Shown here one piece after another: positions 35,248 to 39,036 of a DNA stretch of 39,036 nt. The notes beneath the pieces are model-generated. The model worked only from the letters and a program-made list of their open reading frames with translations. It had not been told where the DNA came from and did no database searches. The stretch's first letter is position 1. Each line of letters begins with the position of its first letter. Source of the stretch: a virus; IMG/VR virus record IMGVR_UViG_3300045988_153924; one strand, 5' to 3'. The translations under genes and the position numbers were made by a program.

Positions 35248-35667
35248 ATGAATATAAGTGAATTTTTTAGAATTACACCTAACAATATAGTACAGTGTGT
35301 AAATTATATAGTGACTTTGAAAACGTTAAAGTCAGTAAAATTTTTGGACGAAGGTTTTGATAATCCAGATAACTTTGACCTAACACTTGAGTATTTCTTG
35401 GACGAGGAAGAAGTAAACGGTTTTAAAACAAATTATGTTGACAAGCATAAATTGTTAAGTGTTCAGAATGTAGAAGAATTGGACAACCCATATAAATGGG
35501 CAGAGGGGATAGTGTTACGCACAGATGACCCATATACTGAATTAGCCGAAATAGTCAAGTATGGCAGTAAAGAAGCATATGAAGCGTCTTTGCCTGAATA
35601 TACGGACGAGTTTATGCTTGATGTTGATGTGCGATTGTCAATGTTGGAAATGGGAATAACGGAATAG
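35248..35667 (+). CDS. Hypothetical acidic protein (possible tail fibre chaperone)
   Basis: Position after the fibre gene. Confidence 0.45.
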   Translation: MNISEFFRITPNNIVQCVNYIVTLKTLKSVKFLDEGFDNPDNFDLTLEYFLDEEEVNGFKTNYVDKHKLLSVQNVEELDNPYKWAEGIVLRTDDPYTELAEIVKYGSKEAYEASLPEYTDEFMLDVDVRLSMLEMGITE

Positions 35668-35679
35668 GAGGTATGAAAT

Positions 35680-35838
35680 ATGAATCACGGACGTTCATAC
35701 GGATTGTGTAAGAAGATTGTAGCTGTTGGAAAGATGGGCAAAGAACAAATGCTTGAAAAATTTGATGTGCTTGTCTTATCTGGTGGATTAACAGAAGATG
35801 ATTACACAGAGTTGGTTGCAGAAATCAATAAAAATTAG
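35680..35838 (+). CDS. XkdX-like small protein (52 aa)
   Basis: AGGAGGT RBS; LTEDDYTELV motif; PBSX-like synteny. Confidence 0.5.
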   Translation: MNHGRSYGLCKKIVAVGKMGKEQMLEKFDVLVLSGGLTEDDYTELVAEINKN

Positions 35839-35850
35839 GAGGACATTATA

Positions 35851-36135
35851 GTGGAAACAGAAAATGAAAAAGAGTTATGGGAGAGACTGACTGCGGTAGA
35901 ACAGTCCACAAAGTCGGCGCACCACCGTTTAGACAGCTTGGACAAGCTGACTGAAAGCGTCCACATCATAGCTACGGAAACTAAAGCAATGCGTGGGGAC
36001 GTAAATGATATAACCGAACGTGTGGACGAAATAGAAAAACGTCCTACAAAGCGATACGAAACAGTCGTTACCGCCATTATTACGGCAATAGTGGGCGGTT
36101 TGATAGGTTATTTTGTTAAAATGTTAGGATTTTAG
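35851..36135 (+). CDS. XhlA-like haemolysin/lysis accessory protein (coiled coil plus C-terminal transmembrane segment)
   Basis: GTG start with an AGGAGG RBS; a C-terminal hydrophobic helix. Confidence 0.6.
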   Translation: METENEKELWERLTAVEQSTKSAHHRLDSLDKLTESVHIIATETKAMRGDVNDITERVDEIEKRPTKRYETVVTAIITAIVGGLIGYFVKMLGF

Positions 36136-36156
36136 TATTTTAGGAGGTACATAAAA

Positions 36157-36345
36157 ATGAAAGAATGGTTTAAAGCGGCAGGAATAAGAGCAATCAAGAC
36201 GATTGCACAGACAGCGATTGCGACAATCGGTACGGCCGCCGTACTGGGTGACGTCAACTGGGTAATGGTTGCGTCAGCGGCGGCATTAGCAGGCGTACTG
36301 TCGTTGCTGACCTCGGTTGCCGGTTTGCCGGAAATTAAGAATTGA
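36157..36345 (+). CDS. Holin
   Basis: 62 aa, two hydrophobic segments, immediately upstream of the endolysin gene. Confidence 0.7.
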   Translation: MKEWFKAAGIRAIKTIAQTAIATIGTAAVLGDVNWVMVASAAALAGVLSLLTSVAGLPEIKN

Positions 36346-36355
36346 GGTATAAACA

Positions 36356-37147
36356 ATGGATATTCAAATCAAACAAGGTCCGCAGTGCCACACGTCTAAT
36401 TGCTACACATACAGGAATGGCGATATTAAATATATCGTCATTCATTTTACGTCAAATAACGGCGATACGGCATTGAACAACTGCAATTATTTCAGCGGCG
36501 CAAATCGTGGTGCGTCTGCACATTATTTTATCGGTGATGACGGAATATATCAATCTGTACCCGATAAATGGGCGGCGTGGGCTGTCGGTGGTACAAAAAT
36601 TTACAAACACCCGTATTGCAGGAATATGAACAGTATTTCGATTGAAATGTGCAGTCGTATTGGTGCGGACGGTAAATACTATATTCGTGACGGGATTGTG
36701 GAACAGACGATTAAATTGACAAGATATTTAATGAATAAATACAATGTTCCGGTAGAAAACGTATTGCGCCATTATGATGTGTGGGATAAAAAGTGTCCTG
36801 AGCCGTTTGTACGTCAGCCGGAGCTATGGGAAGATTTTAAAAGACGATTAACAGGAAGTGAGGATTTAACTATGTCACAATATACAGAATTAAAAGAATT
36901 AATCGAAAAACAGGCGGCAGAAATTGCCGATTTAAAAAACATCAACAAACAGTTGGTGAATGTAGTTCAAACTACAATGATTTACGATTTCAATGATGAC
37001 AATATGCCGTCGTGGGCAAGAACGGCAGTACAAGCCGCGCAAGATTACGGCGCATTGGTCGGTGACGAGCAAGGGAGATTAGGTCTGTCCTATAAGGACC
37101 TGCGAACTATTTGTAGGGAGTACAGATGTGGTATGTATGATAAGTAG
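36356..37147 (+). CDS. Endolysin: N-acetylmuramoyl-L-alanine amidase (Amidase_2/PGRP) plus a C-terminal coiled-coil and SLH-like binding module
   Basis: An amidase_2-like N-domain containing His and Cys residues; the C-terminal MIYDFNDDNMPSWARTAVQ is nearly identical to the tail protein's repeat. Confidence 0.8.
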   Translation: MDIQIKQGPQCHTSNCYTYRNGDIKYIVIHFTSNNGDTALNNCNYFSGANRGASAHYFIGDDGIYQSVPDKWAAWAVGGTKIYKHPYCRNMNSISIEMCSRIGADGKYYIRDGIVEQTIKLTRYLMNKYNVPVENVLRHYDVWDKKCPEPFVRQPELWEDFKRRLTGSEDLTMSQYTELKELIEKQAAEIADLKNINKQLVNVVQTTMIYDFNDDNMPSWARTAVQAAQDYGALVGDEQGRLGLSYKDLRTICREYRCGMYDK

Positions 37148-37152
37148 TTTTG

Positions 37153-37184
37153 AGGGTGGTGTAATGCCACCCTTATTTTTTTTC
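37153..37184 (+). terminator. Rho-independent terminator (stem AGGGTGG/CCACCCT followed by a long T-run)
   Basis: Read directly from the sequence. Confidence 0.7.
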
Positions 37185-37221
37185 GGCAATTTACAATTTA
37201 TTTACAAAACATCAAACAATA

Positions 37222-37250
37222 TTGTAATTTAGTGGCATATGTTGTATTAT
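37222..37250 (+). promoter_or_regulatory. Sigma70-like promoter (-35 TTGTAA, 17-nt spacer, -10 TATTAT with an upstream TG)
   Basis: Read directly from the sequence. Confidence 0.45.
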
Positions 37251-37284
37251 ATAACATAGGATAAGAAAGGACTAAGATATAACT

Positions 37285-37482
37285 ATGTATACAATTACGC
37301 AAGACAAAAAGAATATTGACGGAGTAGTAAAGACCACATACGGCATTAAGTGTGACGAAGTGTCTGTCAAAGATGTGTCGCCGAATAAGGAAGAAGTGGC
37401 GGAATTAATAGACAGGCTGAACAAATACGGATTGTCACCCTGTCATTTGCAAGATGTGATTGAAGATTTTATTCAAGAATAA
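37285..37482 (+). CDS. Hypothetical 65-aa protein in its own promoter-terminator unit next to int
   Basis: ORF with upstream promoter-like sequence and a downstream terminator. Confidence 0.5.
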   Translation: MYTITQDKKNIDGVVKTTYGIKCDEVSVKDVSPNKEEVAELIDRLNKYGLSPCHLQDVIEDFIQE

Positions 37483-37498
37483 CCCATACAAATTAAGA

Positions 37499-37531
37499 AA
37501 GAACATAGGCAAAATGCTTATGTTCTTTTTA
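37499..37531 (+). terminator. Rho-independent terminator (9-bp stem AAGAACATA/TATGTTCTT followed by T5)
   Basis: Read directly from the sequence. Confidence 0.65.
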
Positions 37532-37532
37532 G

Positions 37533-37580
37533 TTATGTATCTTGTTGCTATCTATACAGCTATGGCAACAAGATACATAA
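37533..37580. other. Perfect 16-bp inverted repeat TTATGTATCTTGTTGC/GCAACAAGATACATAA with a 16-bp spacer, 13 bp from the integrase stop; candidate attP core
   Basis: Read directly from the sequence; there is no U-run on either strand, so it is unlikely to be a terminator. Confidence 0.45.
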
Positions 37581-37593
37581 GGCGGGTAAAAAG

Positions 37594-39036
37594 TTATTTA
37601 TAATAGATTTTCAAGAAGATATCGCCCTCGGGAGCGGATTTTTCACGTTTATATTCAATTTTTTTCACAAAATTTTTAAGAATGGAATTTTTTTCTGTTG
37701 CTGAAAGAGAGTTATAATTAGTGAGAAGTTCACGCAAAAGGGGAAGTCGTTCTTCGATGGAAGATGTATCCACAAGTTTAAATTTTTCACGTTCCTGTGC
37801 TATCGTGGCATTAATTTTTTTTCTTCTATCCGAAATTGCGTTATTGCGTTCAAGGAAAAGTTCTTTTGTATAGACTTCCTGTTCGAGCAAGTCATACAGA
37901 CGGAGTTGTTGTTTATCAAGTTTTTTTAATTCTGTTTCCAAAGTGGCTATTGTATCAAGGCAGGAAAGTTTATCTTTATTATGCGATTGACGGATATTTT
38001 TCAAAGACAATTCAATATCTTTAAATTCCTTTGTAAGCACTTCAAATACTTTATCTTCTACAATGCTCAATGCAGATGCCTTATTACAACCGAGTGTACG
38101 GCAACAAAGACGGTATTTTTCAACAGTTTCGTTAGAAGTATTGATAACTATTGCCCGACCGCAATTAGCACACTTTAAAAGCCCTGCAAACGGATTTTGC
38201 AACGTGCCTGTACGCATAGGCGGTTTATATTTCAGATTTATAATATCTTGTGCTTTATTGAACGTGTTCTCGTCAATTATCGGCTCGTGCAGTCCGGGAA
38301 CATATAACCAATCATCTTTACTCGTTTTTTCTTGCGTATTTTTGCCTTTAACAGACTTTGATTTGTTCCACACTATTTTACCTATGTAAGTATGATTTCG
38401 GAGCATACGGGCGATTGTGGTGGGGTGGAGCGGTGTATTTTTCTTGCTCAAGACACCCAAATTTGCAAGCTGACGGCTTATTGAAGTAATACCCATACTT
38501 TGATTTACGTACATATCAAATATCATACGAACATATTTTGCCTCCGGTTCATATACTTCCAACGTGTGCTTTTTATTTATTACGGCATTTCGATAACCAA
38601 ACGGAGCACCCGACACAAAACAACCGTCGTTGATTGATTTGATACGTCCTCTGTTCATTCTGCGAGTGATGAATTTAAGCTCCTTACGAGCCATAAACAT
38701 CTCAAATTCACTGTAATCTTCGTCGTACTCGTTGTTGAGGTCATATATTTTTTTGAGTGTAATAATTTTCACGTCATTTTCTTTAAGAACGTCAAAGATT
38801 TTTTCACTGTCTGCGGCACTTCCGCGCCCTAAACGGTCAAGGTCAATACATAATACCGCATCATATATGTGCGAGGGAATAGCGTCAAGTAGTTTCAGCA
38901 TTTCCGTTCTGTTGTATAACATTCCTCCGCTTATCACTTCTTCAAATATGTCAATGACCGTTAAATTATTGTCCTTTGCATAAGAAAGAAGAATTTCTTT
39001 GTGACGTTCAAGTGTTTCAAGCGGATTGTTTTCGTC
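37594..39036 (-). CDS. Large serine recombinase (integrase), 5'-truncated by the window end; the N-terminus continues as in 1..155
   Basis: About 490 aa; an N-terminal resolvase-type catalytic domain (..YLRKSRAD..., DAIPSHIYDAVLCIDLDRLGRG), a recombinase domain, a Cys-rich zinc ribbon (CANCGRAIV...CC) and a C-terminal coiled coil. Confidence 0.85.
   Translation of the reverse strand, partial: DENNPLETLERHKEILLSYAKDNNLTVIDIFEEVISGGMLYNRTEMLKLLDAIPSHIYDAVLCIDLDRLGRGSAADSEKIFDVLKENDVKIITLKKIYDLNNEYDEDYSEFEMFMARKELKFITRRMNRGRIKSINDGCFVSGAPFGYRNAVINKKHTLEVYEPEAKYVRMIFDMYVNQSMGITSISRQLANLGVLSKKNTPLHPTTIARMLRNHTYIGKIVWNKSKSVKGKNTQEKTSKDDWLYVPGLHEPIIDENTFNKAQDIINLKYKPPMRTGTLQNPFAGLLKCANCGRAIVINTSNETVEKYRLCCRTLGCNKASALSIVEDKVFEVLTKEFKDIELSLKNIRQSHNKDKLSCLDTIATLETELKKLDKQQLRLYDLLEQEVYTKELFLERNNAISDRRKKINATIAQEREKFKLVDTSSIEERLPLLRELLTNYNSLSATEKNSILKNFVKKIEYKREKSAPEGDIFLKIYYK

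Noticed and set aside
37836-38389. Plus-strand ORFs within the integrase gene
   Set aside because: Antisense to the serine recombinase.
1-39036. CRISPR arrays, tRNA or rRNA genes
   Set aside because: No regularly spaced direct repeats with spacers were seen. No tRNA cloverleaf or T-loop motif was found, including in the GC-rich island at 2780..2900.

Overview
The window is one complete temperate phage genome from a low-GC Firmicute, most likely a clostridial-type host. It is shown as a circularly closed or terminally redundant unit of about 38,917 bp: bases 1..119 are identical to 38918..39036. A large serine recombinase gene on the minus strand runs across the junction.

Gene order around the circle:
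- Lysogeny module on the minus strand: serine integrase with an adjacent 16-bp perfect inverted repeat (attP candidate), a DUF4258 plus YgiT-type zinc-finger pair resembling a toxin-antitoxin system, a 134-aa unknown, and a CI-like XRE/S24-peptidase repressor.
- Divergent sigma70 promoters with TTGTTCA-N6/7-TGAACAA operators, then a small Cro-like HTH gene.
- Bro-N/KilA-C antirepressor, followed by a cluster of five small ORFs including a very acidic heptad-repeat protein.
- Replication and recombination module: SMC/SbcC-like ATPase, Sak4 (AAA_24), a DUF669-like protein, an SF2 DEAH helicase and a PriCT/primase-AAA_25 protein. An iteron-rich intergenic region (putative origin) and RusA follow.
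- An ArpU/RinA-like late regulator, an AT-rich 2-TM moron, then TerS and TerL.
- Head genes: SPP1-type portal, a MuF (gp7) protein with a C-terminal HExxH domain and a coupled small ORF, YjcQ, scaffold, major capsid protein and connectors.
- A PBSX-like contractile tail: sheath, tube, a chaperone with a candidate -1 frameshift, tape measure, an XkdP-like protein with SLH-like repeats, a secreted moron, an NlpC/P60-XkdQ fusion, XkdR/S/T/U homologues, a tail fibre and XkdX.
- Lysis cassette: XhlA, holin and an Amidase_2 endolysin carrying the same SLH-like module as the tail protein.

No tRNA, rRNA or CRISPR array was found.
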